A DNA stretch of 64,000 bases, from the NCBI GenBank assembly GCA_013239625.1, contig MU056243.1:3856225-3920224 (forward strand). The letters run 5' to 3'. Below are positions 1 to 12,666 of this stretch, in pieces. Position 1 is the stretch's first letter. Each line of letters begins with the position of its first letter. The position numbers and the translations under genes are program-made. This DNA comes from Lama guanicoe. Its lineage: Eukaryota. The notes under the pieces were generated by a model. That model saw only the letters and a program-made list of their open reading frames with translations, had not been told where the DNA came from and ran no database searches.

Positions 1-255
1 TTGGTGCTTGGTCATCTTGGTGGTGGTGAGCCACTCGTCAACTCCTTTTTCTTGGCAGAAAGTGACAAAGTGGATTAAGAAGATCTCATTGAGAGTGTTT
101 GGAGCTGGGCAGAGATTGCCCAGGGTGTCTTCAAATCCAAGATACTCCTTCAGTTTCTGAGCTGCATGGACTATAGCTCCACTGACCAGCTCACAGATGC
201 TGAGAACCTCTTCACTGTCCTTCAGAGTCATCTGTTGCGATGGTTTTTGCCCCAT
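1..255 (-). CDS. REP15: Rab15 effector protein, N-terminal 85 codons (runs off the window edge)
   Basis: Reverse complement from ATG at 255 reads [85 protein letters not shown] with no stop. It matches recalled human REP15, which lies immediately downstream of PPFIBP1. Confidence 0.93.
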   Translation of the reverse strand, partial: MGQKPSQQMTLKDSEEVLSICELVSGAIVHAAQKLKEYLGFEDTLGNLCPAPNTLNEIFLIHFVTFCQEKGVDEWLTTTKMTKHQ

Positions 256-793
256 TTTCTCTGCACCCACTCAACACTACTTCCAAAATTCAACCATGTG
301 AACCTCGTGCAGAATGACTCCTGTTTTAGCGTAATTTTTTGCAGTGAAATCCCATCTGTCACCGCGGTCCCGGTTTTCTGCCTCTACAGGTAAGCACATA
401 TATATACACACAGCTAAACAAACACGTGAGGTCTTGCTGTTTGCCAACTGGGTGTGTTGTCCTTGTAGATTCCTGCTGGTTTATTAAATTAAAGATACTA
501 ACTTTCACAAAAACCATCTGTTCCCTAGTTATAGTCACTCTACTGTTAATATTTGGTAACCTCTTCCAAGACCTGTTTCCTCTTTTCAAATTTTAGTTTA
601 ATTCAAAATAACATTTAGTTCTTTAAAGAGTCAGACATAATTAACTACTTCTTTCTACAACTCACTTCTTCCAATCAGTAGGCACGTCATTTCCCTTTGC
701 TTTTCCGACACCCCAATGCCAAGATTCCTTATCTCCCAACTCAGCTGCCTGTGGTTCCTTTCATACAAAAGTTTCTCAAGCAAAGGCTCTGTT

Positions 794-925
794 GGGCGAG
801 GGCACAGCTCAGTGGTAAGAGTGTGAGCTTTGCATGCACAAGGTCCCGGGTTCAATCCTCAATATCTCTGTTAAATAAACAAACCTAATTACCTTCCCCC
901 CTAAAAAAAACTAAAAATTAAAAAA
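794..925 (+). mobile_element. tRNA-derived SINE (camelid vic-1-like)
   Basis: A box agctcagtgg, B box gggttcaatcc, then aaataaacaaacctaattac and an A-rich tail. Confidence 0.85.
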
Positions 926-1079
926 TTTCTATCTGTTGATACATGTATGAGCCCCACTTAAACAAATTTATGAGGGTTTGTGAATTGTAAAGAGTGGGTG
1001 TTCTTATTCTCTAGATCAGAAATAAAGCCTACTGGCTATTCCAAGCAAAGGAAAATAAGGTAACAGACAAAAAAAAAAA

Positions 1080-2850
1080 GTGGCAGTTATCAATTGACTT
1101 TATTCCTTTTCATACGGTAATACCAACAGTGTATAATATTTTGTAAATAAAATATATATCATCAAAAAAACTTAACCTTATCACACATCATCAGTGATGT
1201 TACAATGTCCTGAATAAAGGATGTTTGGCATCTATAAGTCTCCTGGTGCTTTTAACCAGGTTCGAGTAACAAATCGTTTTTCAAATGGTGACATATATTC
1301 ACATTAAAATAAAACACAAATGCAGTATGAGTCCGATACAGTTACCAAATAATGAATGGTAGGGAGCAAAGGTTTATTATTGGCATCAAATCATTTTAGT
1401 TAGGAATAAATAGTAATTTAGTATCACAGGTTCCTTGATGCAAAGCTTCATAACTTGCTGCTGACTTGAAAGATCATACCACCAACACTCAAATACAGTT
1501 TATGAAGTAAGTCCCCTGCATATACGGAGCTGCCCACCTCTCTGCCACTTTGTGAAAACCTGTCTTTACCTCCATTGGCTATCATGAGTAATGACGTGGT
1601 ACTGAATTAAAAAACAGAATATATTTTCTAATACCTCTAGAAAACAATAAACAGTAACTTTTTTTTTGTTGGGGTTTTTCTATTTTCTTCATAAAGAATA
1701 TTTGGGCCCCGTGCTACAGAAAGCCATAAACTTCATTTTAGTATCACGTTATAGCCATTGTGAAACTAGCTTTGCAGCCTCAGAGTTACTGAACTCTGAT
1801 GGAGACAAATATTCAGCTTAGAAAAAAAAAATCCCATTTGCTGAGAGCCTGAGAAATGGGCACATATTAATAACGTCAGGCAGACTGTTAGTATTTCGAT
1901 GTAATGAGATCATTAGCAAAGAGAAAACTAAGAAGCTTAATACTGTAAAGGCTTTTGTTTTGGTGTGGTTTCTTTGGAAATTATTTCTACAAATTTGTGG
2001 GGCGTTTCTGAATGCATTCAAGTTAGTGGTATTTAAATGTCCCTCAAGTTCTTCCTTAGGAGGTAACAAGATCCAAGATTAAGACTGAAATTCTTACAAA
2101 GGTATTCAACAATTTTGCGATGTGTCATCAAAGAAGGGGTATTTCATATACACTAACTGGGTCTGAATGATCAACATCATTAAAATTCCCTTGTGGACAA
2201 AGAAAGATCATCCTGACCTCCCCAGGAACTGGCTGGTATATGAAGACTTTGATCACTGGCTGTTTTTAATGTGATCTTTTCCCCATCTTCTTTATGTCAC
2301 AAAATAAAAGTTCCATTTTCTATGTACGAAGTATATACACATATTTAGAAAAATATATAAAAACAGGGCACTAAGAGGCCAGTGGAGGCGTGGCTGGCAT
2401 TTAGCGGGCACACTGAAAGCTGACAGAAATTGCACATGTTGACTTTGTGAGCATATAGTGTCCTGCTTCCACGGTGGCAGTGCTGGCACACTGACGTGAC
2501 AAAACCATTCACATGCTGGTTGCTACCTCCCAAACCCTCTACACTGTTAACGCGAATGGAAACACTAGGATAAAGTATTCATCAAACGCATCACTTTAAA
2601 TAGAATATATCACAGATTTTTACATTAAATAGAGGAAGAACAATTACACTCTCATTCACCAGTGTCTCAGTTTTCGTGGCAACTTTAGAATAGGCATCTA
2701 GCCCCTGCATTTCGTTTCCACTTCTAAAGGAGACGTTGGAACCATAAATGAACGATATGCAATCTGTTGCTTGTTGCGGATCCCGTGAGGGTTTGAGAAA
2801 TAAAGCCGAAGAAGGATGCGGGGCTCCCGGCGCTGGTCCAGGCGCCGCGG
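1080..2850 (-). other. PPFIBP1: PPFIBP1 3'UTR (approximate)
   Basis: AT-rich stretch without obvious repeats between the stop codon and the poly(A) signal. Confidence 0.7.
1099..1104 (-). terminator. PPFIBP1: Poly(A) signal AATAAA of PPFIBP1
   Basis: tttatt on + strand. On the minus strand it is followed ~20 nt later by a U-rich/GU element (1069-1079 A-run on +). An alternative AATAAA lies at 1373-1378. Confidence 0.7.
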
Positions 2851-2937
2851 TCAGACGTTGGAGTCTTCGTCGGTAATGCTGGCGCTGGGGGAGCGGGCGG
2901 CGAAATCTTTAAACATGTCGTCTTCCTTTAACATGTG
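2851..2937 (-). CDS. PPFIBP1: PPFIBP1 last coding exon (29): HMLKEDDMFKDFAARSPSASITDEDSNV*
   Basis: Acceptor ccag|CAC; TGA at 2851-2853; 87 nt. Confidence 0.96.
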   Translation of the reverse strand, partial: HMLKEDDMFKDFAARSPSASITDEDSNV

Positions 2938-3062
2938 CTGGAAGACAAGGAGACGGGGTCACACACACCGAGAAGCAGACCTCAGCGCCTCGCACCCTCC
3001 ACCACACACGCGGTCCTTTGGGGTCATTTTCAAAGGCGTTTTCAGTTCGTTTTACAACTTAC

Positions 3063-3128
3063 AGTTAGATTGTTGATGCCTTCGGAGAACGCACCTATCT
3101 GCCTCACTGTCCCTTCTGAATCTTCCAT
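3063..3128 (-). CDS. PPFIBP1: PPFIBP1 coding exon 28: MEDSEGTVRQIGAFSEGINNLT
   Basis: tgcag|ATG ... ACT|gtaagt; 66 nt. Confidence 0.96.
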
Positions 3129-3464
3129 CTGCAATGAACGTACCATGACATGACATCCCCATTTGCATAATTTCAAGGAAGGGACGGCGAAATGAACATG
3201 AGTCTCACAGAAGAAATCATGCAAGTGGGCACTGAACGGAGTGGGAGCAACAGAACACTTCTGGTGGCATCTCCTCTCCCTGCTGCAACTGGACGTTAAA
3301 AATGAGAGCAGACACTTTGCCGGCACATCTGACCTCACGCTCGGACATTGCCAATGGCACCAAAGGATTGTTAATGGGAAGGCAATGCTCTGTGATCTCA
3401 TACTGAAAAGGCTAAGCAGTATGAGCTGTCCACGCCTGCCTTGTTTTATACATACATTTCATAC

Positions 3465-3720
3465 CGAGACACAGGTAAAGAGCACATGCTGTGAAGCCAG
3501 CCTGGCAGGTTGGAATCCCAGCCATCTTACCAGCTCTTCTATCTTGGGTAAGTTACCTAACCATCTGGTGCCTCAGTTTCCTTATCTCTGAAATGACGCT
3601 AACAATACTCCCTGTGTTTTAGGATTACCCTGAACGTTTCCGTATGTTAAGTGCTTAGGGTAGTGCCTGGAATGGAGTGAGCCATCTGTCAGTGCTCATA
3701 GTTATTACCTTATTATTACC
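3465..3720 (+). mobile_element. MIR SINE
   Basis: Core ttgggtaagttacctaaccatctggtgcctcagtttccttatct. Confidence 0.65.
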
Positions 3721-3837
3721 TCTAGTCTTAGGTACTTGAAGAAAATTTCTTTGGTTAGTAGCCGTAAGGCACAAAGTTTTCATTTAGTGCTTCAGTCTTG
3801 GAAGAACTTGAAAAGAGGCACACAGTGCTACGTTTAC

Positions 3838-4014
3838 CTGCTCCAACCGGTCCAGGTCATCCTCGTCATACAGGCGCATGTCCAGACCTGGCTTAAATCC
3901 TTTCTTGGTACCTCCTGATGCCTGTCCCAGTTCCATTGGGCAAACATACTCTTCCCCATCTTCCTGTTTCTTCTTTCTCAGATTCCCAAAATTGCTGAAG
4001 GTGAGTTTCTTTGG
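3838..4014 (-). CDS. PPFIBP1: PPFIBP1 coding exon 27: PKKLTFSNFGNLRKKKQ...DDLDRLEQ
   Basis: aaag|CCA ... CAG|gtaaac; 177 nt. Confidence 0.95.
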
Positions 4015-5254
4015 CTTTTAAAAGAAAAGCAAACACAAATGTGCAAGGACTTGATAAAATTCGTATGACAACCAACCAATAACATGTATAATTTAATTAT
4101 TGACACTATCTGTAGAGAAGAGCGATTGGATAATTAAACGGGTGTAACAAAAACAAAGGCATCTGAGGCACGTGAACGATGTATCCAAATACGATAAATC
4201 ATCCTTATTATGAATCTCAGAAGATCAGTCTTGTTCTCCTTATTCAAACCAACTAGCTGAGGAGTCACTGTGAATAGCAAAGTATGCCAAGAGCCTTAGT
4301 TTTGATAAACAGAACTTAACGCAATGAGATGTCTCAGGGCTGAGTCCAATTTTGCAAGGTTTTCCAAGCTAAGATGGGCAGAAAATGGCCTTTACAATAC
4401 TTTCTTTTTGGGTGAGGCTATGATTGCCTTGCATTCCCGTTATGCTCCCACAGCAGGGCTGGTGACTTAGTGCTAAAAGAATTCCGCTCTTTTGAAGAGA
4501 GAACTTCCAGTGACGGAAGAGCAGCTCCATCTTAGTCACTGGATAGTCCCTGAGACCAAATGTCAGGGAGATAGCCATCGGGCTGATGCTGAGAATTTAA
4601 GAACAGAATCTCCCAGAGGTTTCAAACCTGGCACATCTTTTAAGGGAGAAAGGGAGCTAAAGAGAAAGTGTCAGGCAGGTAGAGAGGGTTAAAAAAAAAA
4701 AAAAAACTTTGTACGTTTTAGTGGAGGAGCCAAGAAACTCTACCTCCCCATTAAGTTAGTTGAGATAACAGAGTCAGAGAGCTCACCAAGGAATGACTTA
4801 AAGAAGAAAACGTGATCTGAATTTGGTATGATCCAAATTCTAGGTAGATCTGGAAATATCCACTCTCTGCTGGTCTACCTTGAATCATTTCTTAAATATC
4901 TTTTCGTAATTTGCAAGGTGGTTAATTACGAGAAGAAATCCTCCTTATGCTTGATTTATCTGTAGGATAATTGCAATCAAAGTGGGCCCAAGTCGTGGGC
5001 CTTCTGCATCGGCAGTACATCAACCGTAGAAGCCAACGTCATGCTGTTTACTACTGTTAACGCTAATCAAATAAACGATTTGAGTGAAGATTCCCCCAGA
5101 AGGAAACCTTCAAAAATGCATTTTCCTCATTACCTTAAAGATGCATTTACCTTCAACCCATCCACAACACTTAGTAAACCTCAGAAAATGGGACAGCCAG
5201 GTAACAGTCCAAAACCAAGCCTCTGCTTCATCAACGGGATGAGCTTGAACCAAC

Positions 5255-5443
5255 CTTCACTTTGGCAGTAGCTGTTAAAAGCACATAATCTGGCAACTCC
5301 ATGGCATCACGCTTCTGGTGTTGGGCCTCAGCTCCGACCAGAAGGTTGAAATGAGTGGCCAAGTGTCTTCGCAACAGGGTCTTACTTGGTGGGATGTTCA
5401 ATAACTGAGCCATTGTTTCTACATTAAAACGAGGTTCTAGAAC
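5255..5443 (-). CDS. PPFIBP1: PPFIBP1 coding exon 26 (SAM3): VLEPRFNVETMAQLL...TATAKVK
   Basis: tatag|GTT ... AAG|gttggt; 189 nt. Confidence 0.96.
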
Positions 5444-6031
5444 CTATAAGAAAAATTAAGATTGTTTGAGGCACCATGTAGCATCTTTCCGCACTGTGCT
5501 TTATAATTTGCAAAGCTGCTTCATTATCTCCAATGACCTCTCAACAGCCCAGTGGGATAGACAGACTATGGACTTTGATCTTCAATTTAAAATCTTTTGT
5601 TTTGTTTTGCCCAAGCGAGTGAGAAGCAGAGCTGGCCCTGACATCCAGGTGTTACGAAGCTGGGGCTTCCACCTCTCTGAAGTGGTCCCTTTGGGGGCCA
5701 ACTCCTTATGCAACATCAATGTGCAGAACTATAGTCTTTACCTTTGCAGAGGTTTTAAAACATGATCGCTGGAAAGCCAGTGGCCAGACGTTATCCAACG
5801 TACAAGAGGACAGTAGAGGAGAAATGGGTCTAAATCCAACCGAGAGTTACACAATATAAATTTTAAAAAATGGGAAAGAATACTCTGAAAGCAAAGACTA
5901 ACTAGAAATAGTGCAGGAGGGTTCAGATGACTTTAGGATTATGATGAGCAAACTGATTACATCCTCCTCATTTGACTAATGGAAACAAAATGGTAAGAAG
6001 TCCGTTTTGAGAGTGATTTATTTATTTAGGG

Positions 6032-6164
6032 TTTTTTTTTGGGGGGAGGGGGAAGTAATCGGGTTTACTCGTATCTTTTTATTTTTAGAGGATACTGGGG
6101 ATTGAACCCACGACCTCGTGCATGCTAAGCATGCACTCTACCACTTGAGCTCTATCCTCTCCCC
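6032..6164 (-). mobile_element. tRNA-derived SINE (vic-1-like)
   Basis: Reverse complement of the same A/B box family. Confidence 0.85.
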
Positions 6165-6200
6165 GTAAGAAGTCCATTTTAAATTACAACAGAGTATTAC

Positions 6201-6326
6201 CATGAGCCCGCCGTGGACACCACTGCCTCTGAGGTTGGGGGCGTATTCCGCCAGGTCCACGGAGCGCAGCCACTCCATCACGCGATGGTTGGTCCACTGC
6301 TGGACTTCTGATGGGGTGACGCTGTT
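6201..6326 (-). CDS. PPFIBP1: PPFIBP1 coding exon 25 (SAM3): NSVTPSEVQQWTNHRVMEWLRSVDLAEYAPNLRGSGVHGGLM
   Basis: catag|AAC ... ATG|gtaata; 126 nt. Confidence 0.96.
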
Positions 6327-6839
6327 CTATGGGAACAGACAACCACCCAGAGCTTCAGTCACTGACAACTGGGGCTCTAAATGCTCTTTCTAAAGAGTCT
6401 GCTCCATGCGGCCAGAGTTACTCAGACATTCCATTAAATGTTTAGAGAAAAGGTCAAAAGGTGTTCGCTAATTTGAATTCTCTTGAGTTTCTGGCTTTTT
6501 TACACGCAAATAAAGCTTTAGGAAAGGAAGTCTTTATGGTGATATTTAACTATGTGGCTTAAGGAGGCAGGAAAATAAAATACACCCAAGAAAGGAGGGA
6601 TGGCAGCTAAAGCACAATCCTGGGCTTCTGTCACGCAGGTAGAACCATCACTGGGGGCGAAAGGAAGGGATTTAGGAACACAAAGCCTAAGAAGTAAACG
6701 AGGCTGGATGTGAGGCTGTGAGGGAGCCAGGAACCTTCCTTTCCCGCAGGCTCCAACGGGAAACGGGGCTCAGTTTTCACACATGGACAGGCACACGCAC
6801 GGAAAGTGCAGGCTGTGTGAACCTCCACCTCGGTGCTAC

Positions 6840-6962
6840 CTCGTCAGATGGCCGCCTCCGTAGACAGTTTGGTTCAAAGTTATTGATCCTCAGGACCTGG
6901 ATGGCCCTTTTGATGCTGAGATGGTGGAGCACACTCACAACCTTCAAAGACAGCAAGTCGTC
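6840..6962 (-). CDS. PPFIBP1: PPFIBP1 coding exon 24 (SAM2): DDLLSLKVVSVLHHLSIKRAIQVLRINNFEPNCLRRRPSDE
   Basis: tgcag|GAC ... GAG|gtagca; 123 nt. Confidence 0.96.
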
Positions 6963-7035
6963 CTGCAAAACAAGGCAAACAAAAAGAAGAGCACAGCGAG
7001 CTGACCTAGAGCCGGAGAACCTTCTCAGGGCAGAC

Positions 7036-7135
7036 GGGGAACGTATACCTCAGTGGTGGAGCGCATGCTTAGCATGGGTTCAAGCCCCAGCACCTTCTCC
7101 AAAAATAAATAAATAAACCTAATTACCCCCCCATA
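7036..7135 (+). mobile_element. tRNA-derived SINE (vic-1-like, internal deletion)
   Basis: A/B boxes plus aaataaacctaattacc tail. Confidence 0.8.
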
Positions 7136-7940
7136 ATTTTTTTTTTAAAAAAAGAAGAGCCTCTCTCCCAATAGGACCCAAGAGCGTGTCAGTCCCAGAA
7201 CCCTTCCTCCTGTTCTGAAAAGAATTTTCTCCCGGACCCCAGCATATAAGAAAACTAAAATTCATGTTGTCTCTACTGAAGCTGACTTCCACCTGTTTCT
7301 CTCTCTGCCAGACATTCTAAGACAGGACTGCAGGACCAAATGGCTCTGAAAAACACAGCTGGAAAAGCGCTTGCTGGGTCACAACGAAAGCTGACCCGCT
7401 TCGACTTGATCTGGTAAAGCAGTTAACTGAGGGCCAGCGACGTTCACTGATGACTGAGAGGCGGCTTTCTGAGCGAAGGCACATCACGGTTTTGGGGAAA
7501 ACTGGCAGAGTGATCCTGTTACAGAATCTCCCCAGCCTCAAGAAATCTCTGCTTTTAGATTATTGTGCTTTATCTAGTAGGCATTGTGAACAGTTTTGGA
7601 AAAAAATTATGTCAGTGAATACAAAGGTTTTGGTGAGGGCAAAGGAGAGAAGAGAGATGAAGTTACGAGCTGCAATATACCACCATGGGATCCCTTTAAG
7701 GAATAACTTTCACCAGGTGTCTGTGGCTACTGGGAACTTTTCACACACACCAAACACACCCAAACAAATTACTTTCAAAGAAGGTGATTTAGGGGGCAGT
7801 GTCAAGATAAGCACCAGTCTACTTCCAAACACACCCAGAAAATAAACAAGGAAAGCATCCATTTTAGGCACACCTTCCTGATAACACATTTCTTGTGGGG
7901 GGAAAAATTAATCTATTATAGAAATATTTTAAAAATACGA

Positions 7941-8005
7941 TTATGCACTGGAATTTGATACAACATTGTAAAATGACTATAACTCAATAAAAAATGTTAA
8001 AAAAT
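7941..8005 (+). mobile_element. Very short L1 3'-end insertion
   Basis: gaatttgatacaacattgtaaaatgactataactcaataaaaaatgtt + A tail, shared with the copies at ~20 kb and ~37 kb; flanked by aaaaata(c/a)gattat. Confidence 0.75.
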
Positions 8006-9815
8006 AAGATTATAAAACATTTTACATTCTTAAGGCTACTAACTGAGCAAGATTATTTCCTCAATTTTTTCTAGATTTATTTCCTTTAAGCAGTGCCTTA
8101 TAAGTTAGAAGGGGCATTTAGCCGGTTTTAATCTAAGACTGAGATACCCATTCAGTGGGCTATTTTCAACAAAGTCTGCCAGATAAAAAAAAAAAATTAA
8201 AATGCATAATGTTTACAAAGTAAATGAAATGTTAATCATTTTAGTTTAAGGGATTTTAAAAGTAAGGGCCATATTCTTTTAAATCAAAATACTCTTTTGG
8301 GGAGGATTTAAAAAAATCTTTTATTTTTAGATTTACAGAAGAGCTGTCAAAGGCATTACAGCGTCCCACAGACCCTTCACGAGGCTTCCTCTAGTGCTGA
8401 CATCTTACATTATTACCATGATATTCAGCAAAACGAAGAAATTAACAGAAACAAAAATACAATTCAACTGAAACCCCAGACTCCAATCAGCTGTCACCAG
8501 GTTTTCCACCAGGTCCTTCTTCTGACCCAGGAGCCAGGCCAGGGGACCGTACTGAAGTGGACTTTTTGTGATTTAGGGTTTCTGGGGTCAAATCTTCCAC
8601 GGTAGTGTGTTCTCTGACCGTGACAAAGTTGTATGTTTGTCTTTTGTGATTTTCAGCCTGAATTTGGTCACATTCCCACACGATGTACTCACTCCCAGAC
8701 AGGCAGGCGAGAGGCACAGTTGCTCTATAACTTTCTACTACTTTTTAAGAACTGCTTTCTACAGCGGGAACTTGGCTAAGGTACCTCATTTCTCAATTCT
8801 TTCGTTTCCCCATCGAAAAGCTGAGGATGGGAAGAAGCCAGCTCAAGGATGGCTGAGATCTGAGTATGTATTATGCGAAAGTGTTTGAAAGAGCGCCTGA
8901 AACACAGTAAGTGTGCAACACACCACAAGCTAGTGTTCTTTTAACCCGTGGTTTACATGACGTGTCCCCCACGGTTCAGACTTTGGTTCAGTGAAGGAGA
9001 AGAAAACAAATCCCATGGGCCGAATCCCAAATTTCTTTGATACTGAAAAATTCCTAGTAAGTTGGCTATTTGACACCTTCAACTTATTTAGAAACGTATC
9101 TGTGGTAGCCGGTTCTGCAGCCCAGCCCGGGAAAGGCCATTTACATAAAAGTAATCTTATCTTCGGTAGAAGGCTCCTGGTACCGTGGAATTCAGAACCG
9201 GTTCTCCTGGAACCCACCTCTCCCCACTGCTGTGAAGCAGGGAAGAGCCCTGCGACCCGCTGGGTGGAAGCCCCGGAATACGAAGTGGTAATGAAGGATT
9301 CGGAGTCCAGGTCTACCTTTCCCCAGAGACTCCAGCAGGACTGGGCTGAAGTGAGAAGGGTCAGGGGACTTCAGGGAACAGCTCTCCAAAGCAGCAGGGA
9401 AGGGAGAAGAAAGTCCAAAGGCATGACAGGTCAGAGGGCAGCCTCTCCTATGGATATGTCAATTAGAAACTGCCAGGGCTGCAAAACTCTACATTCTGTT
9501 TTAAACATTTTTATGAGCTTTAATTCACGTACCATAAAATTCACCCGAAGTGTACCCTTCAGTGTCAACATTGTGCACAAATATAAAATCAACTTTCTAG
9601 ATAGTTTAGTTTACATGAGGTTTCATGGAGCTTAAACCAGGGTTTCAAAACTTCCCAAGGCTGCTGCCATGACCAAAGCCTACAACTTCAACTTATCGGG
9701 AAAATATGCCTGCCCCTGGTGGAATCACCATGGAAACATTAAGCTCACTCTCTTTCTGTGTTTCTCAGAGAAGAACAATTTCAACCCCTTCCAACCACAG
9801 GAGTGAGGCACTTAC

Positions 9816-9904
9816 AACCGTCATGTAGTGGAGCATCCGACCGTCAACCCGTCCTTCATCAAACTGGGTCTTGTACTGGGGGAGGCCAATGTCATCCAAC
9901 CATC
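9816..9904 (-). CDS. PPFIBP1: PPFIBP1 coding exon 23 (SAM2): (R)WLDDIGLPQYKTQFDEGRVDGRMLHYMTV
   Basis: cctag|GA ... GTT|gtaagt; 89 nt. Confidence 0.96.
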
Positions 9905-10053
9905 CTAGGGGTAGAAATCAGTGTCGTTACTGAGCCACAGAACACCTGTTCTAGTGATGAAAAAGGGAAAGCAGCTGTGCGTGTATAAATATAAATATAT
10001 ATATATATAAAATTCATGTATTCATTCACTCATAAATTAAAACCTCTTCTTAC

Positions 10054-10165
10054 TAGTGACCCAGTTGAAATCCAGCTTTCCATGATTGGTTTCTTCTTCG
10101 GATCCCAGGGCTTGCAGTGCCAGCTGGAGTTTCTTTCGATGGAGCGAATGCTTGATTCCAAGTTC
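10054..10165 (-). CDS. PPFIBP1: PPFIBP1 coding exon 22 (SAM1/2): ELGIKHSLHRKKLQLALQALGSEEETNHGKLDFNWVT
   Basis: ttcag|GAA ... A|gtaaga; 112 nt. Confidence 0.96.
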
Positions 10166-10888
10166 CTGAAATAATAAACAGAAACACTGGCTTTACAGCT
10201 CTGTCAACAGGGGCTGGACGCCACTAGCAAAGGATACAAATTCCTCTAAAATGAAGCTACCAGCATTGAAGACCCAACAATTACATTAAGTCAGAATGCT
10301 ACCCTGGGCTCTGAAATGTTGCTGAACCAAAGGCCCACAGGAAGCCAAGACCCCTGTGGCTGGTTTACTGGTACGTTAGGTATTTCTCACTAAGCTCCTG
10401 CCTTTGCAAGACTGGAAGGGCAGCAGGCAGAACAGGAATTCTACTCTCATCTTACACTAAATGTTAAACAATTGGGAAGAAATGTTACATAACGGGACAT
10501 AAAGTTTGGGGCTCTTCTTTCCCCTCCCTTTTGTAAAATGAAATTGAGTTGCGTATCTTTCATTAAGAAGATGGGTCAATGATAAAGCCACAGAACGATT
10601 CTGAAAAATATGAGCTGAAAGTGTACTGTGATGGTCATACAAATTATTTTTCACTAAAATGCCCAGTGGCATAAGTGTTTTATAAGGAGTCATTAAGACC
10701 AGGTTCTTCCTTTGAAGTCCATGGGCTAAAACAGGCATTGAAGCAGGAAACCCAAACTTTCCCCAGAGTGCTCACAGGCTCTACCCACCCCCCACCCCCG
10801 TTTCTGGAGGAAAAAAAAGCTCTACGTTCATGTCCTCTCTCTCTCTCTCTCTGTCTCCATTGTGTAAACAAAATAGAGAAGTAGTCAC

Positions 10889-11039
10889 CTTCTCTAGATC
10901 TTGCTGAGAAGCCTGCAGAAGTGTTTGGCCAGATGAAATCCAGTGCTTGCCAGAATTCAGGTAGGACCCCAAGCCCTGTTCCACAAGCCAACTGCAAACC
11001 TGCTCCTTGGTCCACTTGGCAAATGGCATATCCAGGTCA
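10889..11039 (-). CDS. PPFIBP1: PPFIBP1 coding exon 21 (SAM1): DLDMPFAKWTKEQVCSWL...QQDLEK
   Basis: tgcag|T ... AAG|gtgact; 151 nt. Confidence 0.96.
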
Positions 11040-12183
11040 CTGCAGGAAAATGAACGACTGCATGAAACACAATTCAAAGCCAGTCCTGCAACTTATCACC
11101 AGGGTTGAACAACTGCATATTCAACAGATAATGCAAATTCCCTGGTGATACATATTTGACAATGAAAAGCCTAATTTTTAGTACGTATTTGGGGGAGGAA
11201 GTGGTACTGGAGATGAAAGCTACCTTGTAAGGCCACAGTCTTCATTTCAAACAAAACCACTAAAGATTTAATATGATTTAACAAGAACACGTTCTATAGA
11301 AGGAGACTGAGTTAAACCAACAAGTCAAGTTACTACACTAGTTTCAACCAATGTTGAATGTTGAAGGTTGAATTTCCAAACCGAAAATACTAGGTCAGAG
11401 TCAAAGAAACTCGAGTCAAACTTGAATTAACTTTAGTAGAATTATTGTTTCCGTCCAGATGGTATTCAGTAAGAGGGCCATATGCCATCACTGAGTATGA
11501 GACAGTGCAATCAAAGCAAATTTCTGTTTTCTTTTATTTGGGCGCACAAATAGTGTCCACGTTTGGGGGAAAAAACATGGAGATGAACAAAACTTTTTTT
11601 TTTTAAACAGCACAAGAAGGTCTTCTACTGTGGACAAAGAGAACATACGGCAAACGAGACTGCGGGGTAATTGAAGAAGGCCGAGGAGAGGAGAGTTTCC
11701 TCCTTGGCAAAACTTGTGCCCAGCCTTCCACCTGGCTGGGAGGGACCATGTGTGAAAGGTGTCTAGCCCAGGTCATTTTAAAAGGTGCAGTATCCATGAT
11801 TTGTGCTGTGTTTGCCAACTCCATCTGTTCGTGTTTACCAGTCAGTGCAGCAGTGCCCAACTGGCCCTAAACTGTGATAAGGGTGTCGGAAAAGTTCTTA
11901 ATAGAGAAAACATTCCACAGTTCTGATAAATTTAACAATTCTGATAGACTGTATGTCTTTAAGCGCTTTCACAGACTCCATCAATTGCTAATGCTCACTG
12001 AACAGATATTATTTGCCAGATACTTAATACACATTAACTCATTTAGTTATTACAATCTCCTTCTGGGTAAGTACTCGTTAACACTATGGGAAACGGAGGC
12101 ACAGAGCACGAAAGTGGTTGCTCAAGGTTACTTGGCTTGTAGGAAGCAGTAAGATCCAAGCAGTCTGCCTCCAGAATCTTTCT

Positions 12184-12310
12184 TTTTTGGAGGGGTGGAG
12201 GAAGGGTAATTAGGTTCGTTTATTCATTTTTAATGGAGGTGCTGGGGATGGAACCCAGGACCTCGTGCACACTAGGCACGTGCTCCACCACTGAGCTGTA
12301 CCCTTCCCCC
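12184..12310 (-). mobile_element. tRNA-derived SINE (vic-1-like)
   Basis: Reverse-complement A/B boxes. Confidence 0.85.
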
Positions 12311-12666
12311 ACCAGAACCCCTTCTTAACCACTTTGCTGTCTCGTCTTCCCAGAGCTATGCTTTAGAGTATTTACAATTATTTTCTATGTAAAATCAAGT
12401 CCAAGAGCTTCTAGTACAGATGTTGCTGACACTTTGGCTCTGGTTCCTTGCTGAGCTCACACAGTCCTCATCTTCTGTATAGTTTCTCACCAACCACTGC
12501 CAAATTGCACTGCTCTAAAGATGACGGCCTGTCCCTCCCACTAGGCACAGAAGTAAGCAATGGATTTGATTGGTCAACCCAGGGTCCATCCTAACCCTGC
12601 AGGTGCTCACGAGATCCTGGTGCCTGGACAGAGATGCAAAAGTCCACCCGTTTGGGCTGTTCTCAC

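Noticed and set aside
371-395. + strand pyrimidine tract followed by CAG|GTAAG
   Set aside because: No partner splice site or antisense exon structure could be identified.
8991-9635. Longest ORF in the track (214 aa, + strand)
   Set aside because: GTG start, no recognisable domain, intronic and antisense, and no retroposition hallmarks; probably chance.
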